This document shows, one piece after another, positions 32,364-41,675 of a stretch of DNA of 64,000 nucleotides (positions are counted from its first letter, which is position 1; every line of letters starts with the position of its first letter). Under the pieces are notes generated by a model that saw only the letters and a list, made by a program, of their open reading frames with translations, did not search any database and had not been told where the DNA came from. The stretch covers positions 3,552,001 through 3,616,000 of the forward strand of contig OY730476.1 of NCBI GenBank assembly GCA_963422735.1. Reading direction: 5' to 3'. Position numbers and translations under genes: made by a program. The stretch is from Candidatus Latescibacterota bacterium. Lineage in GTDB: Bacteria; Latescibacterota; UBA2968; UBA8231.

Positions 32364-33845
32364 CTAGAGGATCTGTTGGTCGGTATGGGTGGGGACGATA
32401 TCGTGGATTTGGCTGTCCATCAGCGCGGTGGGCGACTGCATTTCGAGCACGGCCTTTTCTTGCAACTCGTCGATGGTGCGGCAACCGGCCGTGGCGAGGG
32501 TGGCGCGCAGCATCTGGATGCGGATCGGCAATTTGTCGTGAATCGAGCCGATGTGGGGCACGTAGCCGGCGATGCCCTCCTCGAAGAAGTGCACTTGCGT
32601 CTGTGCATAGCGCCGCATGTTGTGGGCGCGCAGCGAACCTTCCATCCAGTACTCTTTGACGATGTCGCCGGCCGCCGTGCGCACGAGGTTGCCTTGGCTC
32701 TCGGTGTAGCCGGCGAAGAAGTGCCCCATCATCACGGCATTGGCACCCAAGGCCATGGCCACGGCGATCTCGGCCGGACCTGAAATCCCGCCGTCGGCGA
32801 CGATGGGCAAGTAGGCGTTGCAATCCTGCTGCCACTGGTTGCGCGCCGCGCTGATTTCCATCAAGGCCGTGCCTTGGCCGCGGCCGGTGGCCTTGATTTC
32901 CTGAGTAATGCAGCCCGAGCCGATTCCCATGCCGACTTTGACGGCGTCGGCACCGGCCTCGGCCAAGAAGCGAAATCCCTCGGCCGTGACGACGTTGCCG
33001 CTGATGACCGGGGCGTCGGTGCGCTCCTTTATGAATTGGATCATCTGCCGCTGGTGCTCAGTGTGGCCATCAGAGGCGTCGATGACGAGCACGTCCGCTT
33101 CTTGCACAATGAGGGCTTCGGCCCGCTCGCGGTCCTCCGGGTGGGTGGAGACGGCCGCGCCGACGAGTAGGCGCTTCTTCTCGTCGATTGATTCGTTGGG
33201 GTGCCGCAGGTGCTTGTCGAGGTCCTTTTTGAAGACCACCGCTTGCAGTACGCCCCCCTTGGAGAGTATGGGCAGGAAGCCGCGGCCGTAGCGGATCATC
33301 AGCTCATTGGCGGCCTTGAGGTCGCTTATTTCGCGGCCAGCCTGCACGTCGGTCTTCATGCGGGAGGCAACTTGGCAGTCGAGGTCTCGGTGCTCGTTGA
33401 AGTCCTTGTCGGTGAGGATGCCGAGAAGCTGGTCGTGGAACTGGCCGCTGGTGGTGACCGGAAAAGTCGTATAGCCGGTGCGGTGGATGATCTCGACGAC
33501 CTCGGAGATGGGTTGGTCGGGGGCCAAGGTGAGAATATCGGTCTGAAAACCAGCCTTGAAGCGCTTGACTTGGCTGATTTTGGCGCACTGCTCGTCAATG
33601 GGCTGGCTGACGGGCAGGATGCCGATGCCGCCTAGCTGGGCCAAGGCAATGGCCATCTCGCCGCCAGTTACGGCCTGCATGGCGGCGCTGAGGAAGGGAA
33701 CGTGCAGATAGAGAAAGCCGTCTCTCTTGCGGCAGAGCCGGGTTTTGAGCGACGCGTTGAGAGGGCTGCCATCGGTTGGCGTGTACCCAGGCAGAATGCG
33801 AAACTCTTTGAGGCTGTGCGAAGGGGTGCTCAGGACTTGGGCCAT
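32364..33845 (-). CDS. guaB: IMP dehydrogenase with CBS pair
   Basis: [36 protein letters not shown] (catalytic Cys), [16 protein letters not shown]. Confidence 0.9.
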   Translation of the reverse strand: MAQVLSTPSHSLKEFRILPGYTPTDGSPLNASLKTRLCRKRDGFLYLHVPFLSAAMQAVTGGEMAIALAQLGGIGILPVSQPIDEQCAKISQVKRFKAGFQTDILTLAPDQPISEVVEIIHRTGYTTFPVTTSGQFHDQLLGILTDKDFNEHRDLDCQVASRMKTDVQAGREISDLKAANELMIRYGRGFLPILSKGGVLQAVVFKKDLDKHLRHPNESIDEKKRLLVGAAVSTHPEDRERAEALIVQEADVLVIDASDGHTEHQRQMIQFIKERTDAPVISGNVVTAEGFRFLAEAGADAVKVGMGIGSGCITQEIKATGRGQGTALMEISAARNQWQQDCNAYLPIVADGGISGPAEIAVAMALGANAVMMGHFFAGYTESQGNLVRTAAGDIVKEYWMEGSLRAHNMRRYAQTQVHFFEEGIAGYVPHIGSIHDKLPIRIQMLRATLATAGCRTIDELQEKAVLEMQSPTALMDSQIHDIVPTHTDQQIL

Positions 33846-33980
33846 AGAAGTCCTCTCTGCGTTGTGGGAGGGGGGGAAGGGGGAAGGTTTAGCCTTAAAA
33901 TATAAAGATTGCGTTGGTTTTATTCAATACACTTGGTTTTCTTTAGATTATAAAGAAAACCATAGCCAAAGGAGCTTTGT

Positions 33981-34229
33981 ATGTTCTACGAAAAAATTCA
34001 TCCCAAGCAGCATTCAACCAATGGCACGACGTGCCTCTTGGTTGGCTTTGTGGCCGGTGTCGCGGTCGGTGCGGCCATAGGCGTTTTACTGGCCCCGCAC
34101 AAGGGCGAGGACACCCGGCGCCTGGTCGCGCGCCAAGCCGAGGAAACGCGCGACCAGGTAGTGAAGGCCGTAGACGGGATGACGGCGCGGCGTGAGAAGG
34201 CCCCACAGGACGAGGAGGCTCAGGCCTAA
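33981..34229 (+). CDS. YtxH-domain protein
   Basis: GFVAGVAVGAAIGVLLAPHKGEDTR; AGGAG RBS. Confidence 0.85.
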   Translation: MFYEKIHPKQHSTNGTTCLLVGFVAGVAVGAAIGVLLAPHKGEDTRRLVARQAEETRDQVVKAVDGMTARREKAPQDEEAQA

Positions 34230-36007
34230 GACCGGCCGTAGTTGAGGCGGTGGAGCCGCGCATAGATGCCGTCTTGGAGCAAAAGATCCTCGTGGCGGCC
34301 CCGCTCACGCACCTCGCCGCGGTGCATCACCAAGATTTGGTCGGCACTGCGGATGGTCGAGAGGCGATGAGCGATGACGATGGAGGTGCGTTCGCTCATC
34401 AGCTTGGCGATGGCGTCTTGGATAAGTTGTTCGGTTTCAGTGTCGATGCTGGAGGTCGCCTCGTCGAGGACGAGAATCTCTGGGTCAAAGGCTAAGGCCC
34501 GGGCAAAGGCCAATAACTGGCGCTGGCCGGCCGACAGGGTCGAGCCGCCTTCGGCCACGGCGTGGGCAAAGCCTTGGGGGAGGCGTTCGATAAAGGGCGC
34601 GGCGTTGACGTAGCGGGCCGCGCGCTCGACTTGGGAGTCTTCAATGGCGTCCTCGCCGAGGCGGATGTTGCCGCTGATATCTCCCGAAAACAAGAAGACC
34701 TCCTGCTGGACGATGCTGATGCGGCGGCGCAACTCGGCCGCGTGCCACTGGCGCACGTCGCGGCCATCGATGAGGATTTCTCCGTGCTGGATGTCGTAGA
34801 AGCGGCAGAGGAGGCTAACGATGGTGGTCTTGCCCGAGCCGGTGGCCCCGACCAGCGCTAGGCTCTGCCCGGCCTTTAGTTCAAACGAGACATCCTTGAG
34901 GATCCAGTCCTCGGCCGCTGGGTCGTACTTGAAGAACACGTTGCGGAATTCAATTGCGCCGCGGTCCGCCGCAGGCAGGTTGCGCCGCGGTCCGCCGGCG
35001 GGTTCGCCGGGGACGGCCAACAGCTCAAAGATGCGCTCGGACGCGGCCATGGCGCTCTGCAGCAGGGCATAGCGGTCGGAGATGTCCATGATCGGGCGGA
35101 AGAAGCGGCGGATGTACTGGAGAAAAGCCACCAGCACCCCCAGCTCGACGCGACCGGCGATTACGTCCGAGGCCCCGTACCACAGCACCATTGCCATGCC
35201 GACCGTGCCGAGGAACTCGGTGAAGGGGAAGAAGAGGGCATAGCAGTGAATCTCGCGGTCTTCGGCGCGGCGATAGGGCCGATGCTCGGCGTCGAAGTCG
35301 CGCAAATTGCGTCGCTGGCGGTTGAAGAGCTGTACCACCTCCACGCCGGTGATGTTCTCCTGCAAATAGGCATTGAGCCGCGCTAGGCGTGTGCGCAACT
35401 CGCGATAGGCGCGTATGGCCAGACCTTGGAGGTAGAAGGTCGAGACGGCGATGACCGGGACTACTGTGCAGCAGATTAGGGCGAGCTCAAAGTCGATATA
35501 GGCCATGAAGCCGATGATGGCCAGCAGAGTAAAAAGGTCCATAAAGACCGAGACGATGCCCTCGCTGAAAAACTCGTTGAGGGCGTCGATGTCGTTGGTG
35601 GCGCGGGTCATAATTCGGCCCAGCGGCGTGCGGTCGAAGTAGCGCAGAGGCAGCTTTTGCAGGTGGGCGAAGAGGTCGCGGCGCATGTCGTACATGACGC
35701 GCTGGCCGATCATGCCGGTGACCAAGGTCTGGGCGTATTGGGTGCCGTACTGCACGGCGACGCTAAAAAAGAAAGCCGCGATCATCCACCGCAAACCCGC
35801 CCAGTCGCCGATGGCGATGTAGTCGTCAACAGCCACCTGTGTCAGATAGGGGCCGATCTGGCCGGTACCTGCGGCGAGGGCAATGGTGCTGAAGGCGATG
35901 ACCACGCGCCCGCGGTGGGGTTTGAGATACCCCAACAGTTGCAGCGTCAGCCCCAAATTGAAGGCGCGTTCTTGAATTTCTTCTTCTTTGTTGAGTTCGG
36001 TGTTCAC
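34226..36007 (-). CDS. ABC exporter, fused permease/ATPase (MdlB-like half)
   Basis: TM domain plus GATGSGKT, LSAGQRQ, LVLDEATS. Confidence 0.93.
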   Translation of the reverse strand: MNTELNKEEEIQERAFNLGLTLQLLGYLKPHRGRVVIAFSTIALAAGTGQIGPYLTQVAVDDYIAIGDWAGLRWMIAAFFFSVAVQYGTQYAQTLVTGMIGQRVMYDMRRDLFAHLQKLPLRYFDRTPLGRIMTRATNDIDALNEFFSEGIVSVFMDLFTLLAIIGFMAYIDFELALICCTVVPVIAVSTFYLQGLAIRAYRELRTRLARLNAYLQENITGVEVVQLFNRQRRNLRDFDAEHRPYRRAEDREIHCYALFFPFTEFLGTVGMAMVLWYGASDVIAGRVELGVLVAFLQYIRRFFRPIMDISDRYALLQSAMAASERIFELLAVPGEPAGGPRRNLPAADRGAIEFRNVFFKYDPAAEDWILKDVSFELKAGQSLALVGATGSGKTTIVSLLCRFYDIQHGEILIDGRDVRQWHAAELRRRISIVQQEVFLFSGDISGNIRLGEDAIEDSQVERAARYVNAAPFIERLPQGFAHAVAEGGSTLSAGQRQLLAFARALAFDPEILVLDEATSSIDTETEQLIQDAIAKLMSERTSIVIAHRLSTIRSADQILVMHRGEVRERGRHEDLLLQDGIYARLHRLNYGRS

Positions 36008-37743
36008 AGCGTTTCCAACTCGGTGCTTAGCTGCTGGTGCTGGTACAACTCGGCGTAGAAGCCTCCGCTGCTGACCAACTCGTCGTGGGTGCCCTGCTCG
36101 GCGATGCGGCCGTCTTCGAGCACCGCGATGTGGTCAGCGTGGCGCAGGGTCGAGATGCGGTGGGCGATGATGAGGGTGGTGCGGCCCTGCATGAGGGTGT
36201 GCAAGTGGTCGAGGATGGCTTCCTCAGTGTGGGTGTCCACCGCGGAGAGCGCGTCGTCGAGGATGAGGATCTGCGGGCGGCGAATGAGCGCTCGGGCCAA
36301 GGTCGCGCGCTGCTTTTGGCCGCCGGATAAAGTAACCCCGCGCTCGCCGATGAGGGTGTCGAAGCCCTCGTCGAACTGGTCGATGTCCTTTTTGAGCTGA
36401 GCATCTTCGGCTGCGGCGCGAATCTGGACCTCTGCGGCTGAGTCCGCGCCATAGGCGATGTTGGCATTGAGGGTATTGGAAAATAGAAAGGGATTTTGCG
36501 GGACGTAGCCGATGGCGTCGCGCAAGGTCGCTAGGGGCCATTCCTCGATCGGCACCCCGTCGATGAACAGCTGCCCCGGCTCGGCTTGGATCAAGCGGGG
36601 CACGAGGCGCGCTAAGGTGGTCTTGCCCGAGCCGACCCGGCCGATAATCCCGAGGGTCGTACCTAGGGGAATATCGAGATCAATCTGATGTAGGACTTGC
36701 TCCCCGCTGTAGGAGAAACTGAGTTTGCGGAAGGCGATGTGCCCGGCGATTGGGCGCGGATTAGCCGGGGGGAGGGCATGGTCTTGGATTTCAGGCTCGA
36801 CGGCGAGGATTTCGTTGATGCGCTGCATGGACACGAGGGCACGCTGGGCGCGGTCGATGACCCAGCCGATGTACATGATCGGGCGGATGAGCTGGGTCAG
36901 GTAGGCGTTGAAGGCGACGAACGTTCCCAAGCTGAGTTCGCCGTCGATGACCTCGCGCCCTCCTAGCCACAAGTTCAGCCCCAAGCAGAGCGAGGCGATG
37001 ACATAGGAGAGCGGCCGGTAGTTGGCGCGAGTGAGGATATAAGCACGGTTTTTTTCGAGGTACGCTAGGTTGAGCCGGTCGAACGCGGCGTTTTGCGCTG
37101 GCTCTTGGGTGTAGGCCCTGACCACGCGGATGCCGGAGAGGTTTTCTTGGATGAAGGTGCTGATCTGACCGAAGTATTCTTGGATGGCCTTGTAGCGGGT
37201 GTTGATGACCGCGGCGATGCGGATCATCACGACACTGAAAAGCGGCATGGGCAGCATCACCAGCAGGGCCAGCTTCCAGTCGAGCAGACACATACAGGCG
37301 AGCATGAAGGTCAGCCCCAAGGCGGTATCGATAATGCCGCGGATGCCATAGACCCAAAAAATATGCACAGAGTGGAGATCGTTGGTCGCCCGCGCCATGA
37401 GGTCCCCGGTGCGGCGCTGCTGGTAGTACGAGAGCGGCAGCTTGAGCAGGTGGGCAAAATACGCGGTGCGGATGTCGTATTCGATGCGGTTGGCGGCGCG
37501 GCCCAACAGCACCCGCATGACGTACCCGCACAGAGCCACCCCCAAGGCGTAGGCGAGGATGTAGAAGGCGTAGGTCTCTATTCCTCCGGGGGCGATATCC
37601 GGTGCCGAGACCGCATCGACGGCATCACCCACCAGCAGTGGGATGCGTGCCATCGCCGCCTGCCCCAGCCCGATGCAGAGAGCACCGAGCAGGATGCGGC
37701 CCCGATAGGGACGGACGTATTGGGAAAACGGACCAAACATCAA
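36004..37743 (-). CDS. ABC exporter, fused permease/ATPase (MdlA-like half)
   Basis: GRVGSGKT, LSGGQKQR, LILDDALS (degenerate Walker B typical of heterodimeric exporters). Confidence 0.93.
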   Translation of the reverse strand: MMFGPFSQYVRPYRGRILLGALCIGLGQAAMARIPLLVGDAVDAVSAPDIAPGGIETYAFYILAYALGVALCGYVMRVLLGRAANRIEYDIRTAYFAHLLKLPLSYYQQRRTGDLMARATNDLHSVHIFWVYGIRGIIDTALGLTFMLACMCLLDWKLALLVMLPMPLFSVVMIRIAAVINTRYKAIQEYFGQISTFIQENLSGIRVVRAYTQEPAQNAAFDRLNLAYLEKNRAYILTRANYRPLSYVIASLCLGLNLWLGGREVIDGELSLGTFVAFNAYLTQLIRPIMYIGWVIDRAQRALVSMQRINEILAVEPEIQDHALPPANPRPIAGHIAFRKLSFSYSGEQVLHQIDLDIPLGTTLGIIGRVGSGKTTLARLVPRLIQAEPGQLFIDGVPIEEWPLATLRDAIGYVPQNPFLFSNTLNANIAYGADSAAEVQIRAAAEDAQLKKDIDQFDEGFDTLIGERGVTLSGGQKQRATLARALIRRPQILILDDALSAVDTHTEEAILDHLHTLMQGRTTLIIAHRISTLRHADHIAVLEDGRIAEQGTHDELVSSGGFYAELYQHQQLSTELETL

Positions 37744-38348
37744 CGGGCGAGGGCAAGTTCGGGAAAAGTGCTGGCGAGGAGCGGGCGCATAGCAGCCAGC
37801 GCTTGGGCGCGGTGGCTGAGCCGGTTTTTTATTTGCGGGTCGATCTGGGCCATGGTTTTGGCATAGGCGGGTACAAAAAAGACCGGATCGTAGCCAAAGC
37901 CGTTGGTCCCGGCTGGAGCCGGGGCGATTAGCCCTTCACACCTGCCTTCGGCTTGGCACTGGCGACCGTCGGGGCTTACTGCGCAGAGGACGCAGCGAAA
38001 TCGGGCTTGGCGTTGCGCTGGCTCAGGATAGGGCGCAAGCTCGGCGAGCAAGAGCCGAAAGCGGCCGGCGTCGTCGAGGTCGGGGCCGCCGTAGCGGGCC
38101 GAATAAATCCCGGGAGCGCCGCCGAGGGTATCGACCTCAAGCCCGGAGTCGTCGGCGAGGGCAATCTGTCCGCTGGCCGCTGCATAGGCGCGAGCCTTGA
38201 GTTGGGCGTTGGCGGCAAAGGTCTGGCCGCTTTCCTCGACGCAGAGCTGTAAGTCGAGTTCAGCCGGCGCGATGACCTCGACGTCGGCAAACAGAGCGCG
38301 GACTTCGCGCAGCTTGCCGGCGTTGTTCGAGGCCAAAAGCAGCGCCAT
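37740..38348 (-). CDS. rdgB: Non-canonical purine NTP pyrophosphatase (RdgB/HAM1)
   Basis: ASNNAGKLRE, ADDSGL, PGIYSARY, GFGYDP, SHR. Confidence 0.95.
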   Translation of the reverse strand: MALLLASNNAGKLREVRALFADVEVIAPAELDLQLCVEESGQTFAANAQLKARAYAAASGQIALADDSGLEVDTLGGAPGIYSARYGGPDLDDAGRFRLLLAELAPYPEPAQRQARFRCVLCAVSPDGRQCQAEGRCEGLIAPAPAGTNGFGYDPVFFVPAYAKTMAQIDPQIKNRLSHRAQALAAMRPLLASTFPELALAR

Positions 38349-38353
38349 TACGG

Positions 38354-39406
38354 CTATCGGGGCTGCTCGTCAATTTCTGCGAGTTTGCTCGCTGCGTAGT
38401 CCTTGAAGCGGCTGTCTTTCACCGCTAGGTTGTACCAGCGCCGCGCCTCCTGTCGTTGGCCTAGCTGGAAATGCGCGTCGCCCAGCAGCACTTCGGCGGC
38501 CCGGTAGTCGGGTTGGCAACTCGTGGCGCGCCGGCCGTGGTCCTTGGCTTGGCGGAAGTTGCCCATGCCGTAGTGAGCCTCGCCCAGCCGGTAGAGAGCC
38601 TCGCAGTCGTTGCCGTCCAGCTCGACCGCCTCTTTCAGCGGGACAATGGCCTCGTGGTATCGCTCGAGCTGGTTGAGGGCGGTGCCGAGTAAGCGCTGCC
38701 CTTCGACGTACTCAGCGTCGATCGCTAAAGCCTTTTGTAGCGTCGGCACAATGTCCTCTAGGTCTTGAGTGGCAAATTTCACCCGCGCTAAACCGCCGTA
38801 CGCCTCCATGTACGTGGAATCGACCTCAATGGCTTGCTGATAGGTGCTAACGGCCTGGCCGTAATCGCCGCTGACTCGCTGGAGATCGCCGAGTGCCTTG
38901 TAGGCTTTTGAGTAGGAGGGATCGGCCTCGGTAGCCTGTTCAAAGGCTTTTTTGGCCTTGTCTTCCTCGCGCAGGCCGTTGTAGGAAAGGCCCATGACGT
39001 AGAGGGATTGGGCATTGAGCATATTGAGGTCCTGCGCGTCGGTAAAATAGGCGATGACCTCGTTGTATTTCTTTTGGCGAAAGCTGTTGAGGGCGGCCTT
39101 TTGATAGAGCTGGCCTAGGGCTTTAGCGGCCTGTTCCGGATTGGTACCGAGGGCACGGGCCGCGATAAAGCTTTTGATGGCTTTGTCGTGCTCATTGAGG
39201 GCCTTGTAGGAAGCGCCGAGGAGGTAGTGAGCGTTTCCGTAGGAGGCATCGGCCGCCACAGCCTTTTCTAGTTCGATGACGGCGTTGCGGTAGCTGCCCT
39301 TCTTGACCAAGTCGTAGCCCTCGCGGTAGAAGTCGAGGGCCTCGGGCGACTGAGCAAGGGCAGGTGCGCCCAAAAGGGCGAGGCTGAGTAAGCAGCAGTA
39401 CTTCAA
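38354..39406 (-). CDS. Exported tetratricopeptide repeat protein
   Basis: Signal peptide ending ALA-Q; about 9 TPR motifs; AGGAGG RBS before TTG. Confidence 0.88.
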   Translation of the reverse strand: MKYCCLLSLALLGAPALAQSPEALDFYREGYDLVKKGSYRNAVIELEKAVAADASYGNAHYLLGASYKALNEHDKAIKSFIAARALGTNPEQAAKALGQLYQKAALNSFRQKKYNEVIAYFTDAQDLNMLNAQSLYVMGLSYNGLREEDKAKKAFEQATEADPSYSKAYKALGDLQRVSGDYGQAVSTYQQAIEVDSTYMEAYGGLARVKFATQDLEDIVPTLQKALAIDAEYVEGQRLLGTALNQLERYHEAIVPLKEAVELDGNDCEALYRLGEAHYGMGNFRQAKDHGRRATSCQPDYRAAEVLLGDAHFQLGQRQEARRWYNLAVKDSRFKDYAASKLAEIDEQPR

Positions 39407-39448
39407 AGCGGGGCCTCCTATACAAGGGTAAAAGACATGGGTGGGCTT

Positions 39449-39682
39449 TTAGCGGCGAGCGTCAATCTGGGCTTCGACTTCGCCGCGGTCGGGAAAGCGA
39501 CCTTCTTGCAGCTTGGAAAAGATCAGCTCGCCATCGAGGCTGAGTTCAAATCGCCCCCGGTCTGAGGGCACGAGCGAGAAGGCGGCGATATCTTTCTTGT
39601 AGGCGACTAGTAGCTGTTCCGCCAAACTGGCGGCTCTGTTTTCGTAGCCTCAAGCAGAGCAGTAAACGAGTTCCAAGTTCAC
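39449..39682 (-). CDS. Rdx/SelW/SelT/SelH-family selenoprotein (CxxU), in-frame UGA at 39650-39652
   Basis: Not in the ORF track. AGGAGG RBS plus GTG; MNLELVYCSA-U-GYENRAASLAEQLL...LVPSDRGRFELSLDGELIFSKLQEGRFPDRGEV; hairpin CCGCCA-GUU-UGGCGG 16 nt after UGA. Confidence 0.92.
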
Positions 39683-39866
39683 GGGAACCTCCTGTGGAAT
39701 AGGGGTTGAAAAAGTATAAAAGGCACTATGAGTATTGTCAAAAATGGGGGATGGGTGCAGTGGACGGCGTTATGGTCGACCCTTATTATTGAATAGATAG
39801 TAGCCTCCGCAAACTCCTTAGACGCTTCCATAATATCTAAATCATTGAATTGAATAGAGACGCGGT

Positions 39867-40784
39867 ATGGCGGGCACTTTCTTTAAGAAGAAAAAATTTG
39901 GCAGCAATACGCGACTTGCCCTTTGGGCCTTGCTGCTGTGCGCGGGCTTGGGCATCGCGTGTGGAGGCCCCTCGCCGGAAGAGTACATTCACCAGCTCAA
40001 AAGCCAGCAAAAAGCCGAGCGCATAAAAGCCGCCAATCAGCTCATCCGCTTCGACGCTGGCGAGGTCGTCCCTCTCCTGATTGAGGAAGCCGACTCTGGC
40101 TACATCCGTGCGCGGTTTGAGGTAATGCACCTGTTGGGCCGCTTTAAGGACAAACGCGCTGTGCCGACTCTGGTCGCGGCCCTAAAAGACCGGTCGCCGC
40201 GGGTGGCGGCTGCGGCCGCGTGGGCGCTGGGCCAGATCGGCGCACCTGACGCGCTCGCCCCGCTGCTCAAATTCGTGCGCGACCCCACGGTAGAAGTGCG
40301 CCAATACGTGCTCGGCGCGCTCGGCCCGTGCCATTCGTACGAAGCCGAACCGGCCTTGAGCGACTCGGCCTTCCGCGTGGTGCTCCGCGCCTTGCGCGCC
40401 CCCAAGCCCAAGTGGCGGATCGCCGCCTTGCAGAGCCTGCGCGCCTATGGGTACCGCGACGCGGTGGAAGAAGTCATTCGCATGTCGCTGGATCCCTCGG
40501 ACGAGGTGCGCTACGTTGCCGTGCAAGCCCTCGGCCAGATCGGCCGTGCGCCGCTCAGCCTCCCCGCCCGCAACGCCATCTACGAGGCCCTGCTAGTCGC
40601 CCTCGACGCCGACGAGCTACAGAGCATCCGAAGCAAGGCCGTGCATGCCCTCGTCGAGGTGGGCGATGCGCGCGCCGTACCGCACTTGCAGCGGCTGATG
40701 AAGGAGGGCACGGAAAAAGACCAGATCGCAGCCCGGCAAGCTCTATACAACCTAAGCCCCCAAGTAGCCGAGGCGATGAACTGA
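39867..40784 (+). CDS. HEAT/PBS-lyase repeat lipoprotein
   Basis: Lipobox-like GIAC; repeated VR..A..ALG.IG motifs. Confidence 0.85.
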   Translation: MAGTFFKKKKFGSNTRLALWALLLCAGLGIACGGPSPEEYIHQLKSQQKAERIKAANQLIRFDAGEVVPLLIEEADSGYIRARFEVMHLLGRFKDKRAVPTLVAALKDRSPRVAAAAAWALGQIGAPDALAPLLKFVRDPTVEVRQYVLGALGPCHSYEAEPALSDSAFRVVLRALRAPKPKWRIAALQSLRAYGYRDAVEEVIRMSLDPSDEVRYVAVQALGQIGRAPLSLPARNAIYEALLVALDADELQSIRSKAVHALVEVGDARAVPHLQRLMKEGTEKDQIAARQALYNLSPQVAEAMN

Positions 40785-40796
40785 GTAAGGAGTGAG

Positions 40797-41675
40797 ATGA
40801 AGGAATTGAAGATCGGCTTTCCGTCCGGGAGCTTGAAGGAGTCCACGTTTGACCTGTTTGTCCGCGCCGGCTATCGAGTGCGGCTCGCACTGCGTTCGTA
40901 CGTGCCCGACATCGACGACCCTCAGCTTTCGGGCCTGATGTTCCGGGCGCAGGAAATCGCCCAGTACGTGGCACGCGGCGTCGTTGATGTGGGCCTGACG
41001 GGCCGAGACTGGATCCTCGAAAGCGAGGTCGATGTAGTCGAAGTCGGCGAGCTGACCTACAGCAAAAGCACGGCGCGGCCCTTGCGCTGGGTTATTGCCG
41101 TGCCCGAGGATTCTCCCATCCAATGCGTCGAAGACCTGCAGGGCCACCGCATCGCCACCGAATTGGTCGGCGTAACGCGCCGCTTCTTGCAGGAGCGCGG
41201 TGTGGAGGCCGAGGTGGAGTTTTCGTGGGGCACGACCGAGGTCAAGGCCGGCATTCCCGGGCTGGTGGATGCCATCGTCGAAGCAACCGAGACGGGTGCA
41301 TCGCTCAAGGCCAACCGGCTGCGCATCGTCGATGCGGTCTGCGAATCGACCCCGCGCTTGATTGCCAACAAGGCAGCGTGGGCCGATGGCTCGAAGCGGG
41401 AGAAGGTCGAGAACTTGTTGATGCTGCTCAAGGGTGCGCTCGAAGCCGAGCACAAGGTCGGCCTCAAAATGAACGTGCCGCGCACCCAGCTCGACCGCGT
41501 CATCGCCCGGCTGCCGGCCCTGCACACGCCCACGGTCTCCAGCCAGATGGACGCCGAGTGGATCGCGCTGGAAATCGTCGCCGACGAGCGCGTGGTGCGC
41601 GAGCTAATCCCCCAACTCAAGCGGCTCGGGGCCGAAGGCATTATCGAATACCCGCTCAACAAGGTCGTGTATTGA
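40797..41675 (+). CDS. hisG: ATP phosphoribosyltransferase (long form)
   Basis: PSGSL, RAQEI, DVGLTGRDW, SWGTTE, ETGASL, C-terminal regulatory domain. Confidence 0.96.
   Translation: MKELKIGFPSGSLKESTFDLFVRAGYRVRLALRSYVPDIDDPQLSGLMFRAQEIAQYVARGVVDVGLTGRDWILESEVDVVEVGELTYSKSTARPLRWVIAVPEDSPIQCVEDLQGHRIATELVGVTRRFLQERGVEAEVEFSWGTTEVKAGIPGLVDAIVEATETGASLKANRLRIVDAVCESTPRLIANKAAWADGSKREKVENLLMLLKGALEAEHKVGLKMNVPRTQLDRVIARLPALHTPTVSSQMDAEWIALEIVADERVVRELIPQLKRLGAEGIIEYPLNKVVY

Noticed and set aside
41123-41674. N-terminal extension of the hisD ORF (also extensions at 8791, 3223, 18133, 56134, 47033)
   Set aside because: These overlap real upstream genes in other frames; better starts with RBS or translational coupling lie downstream
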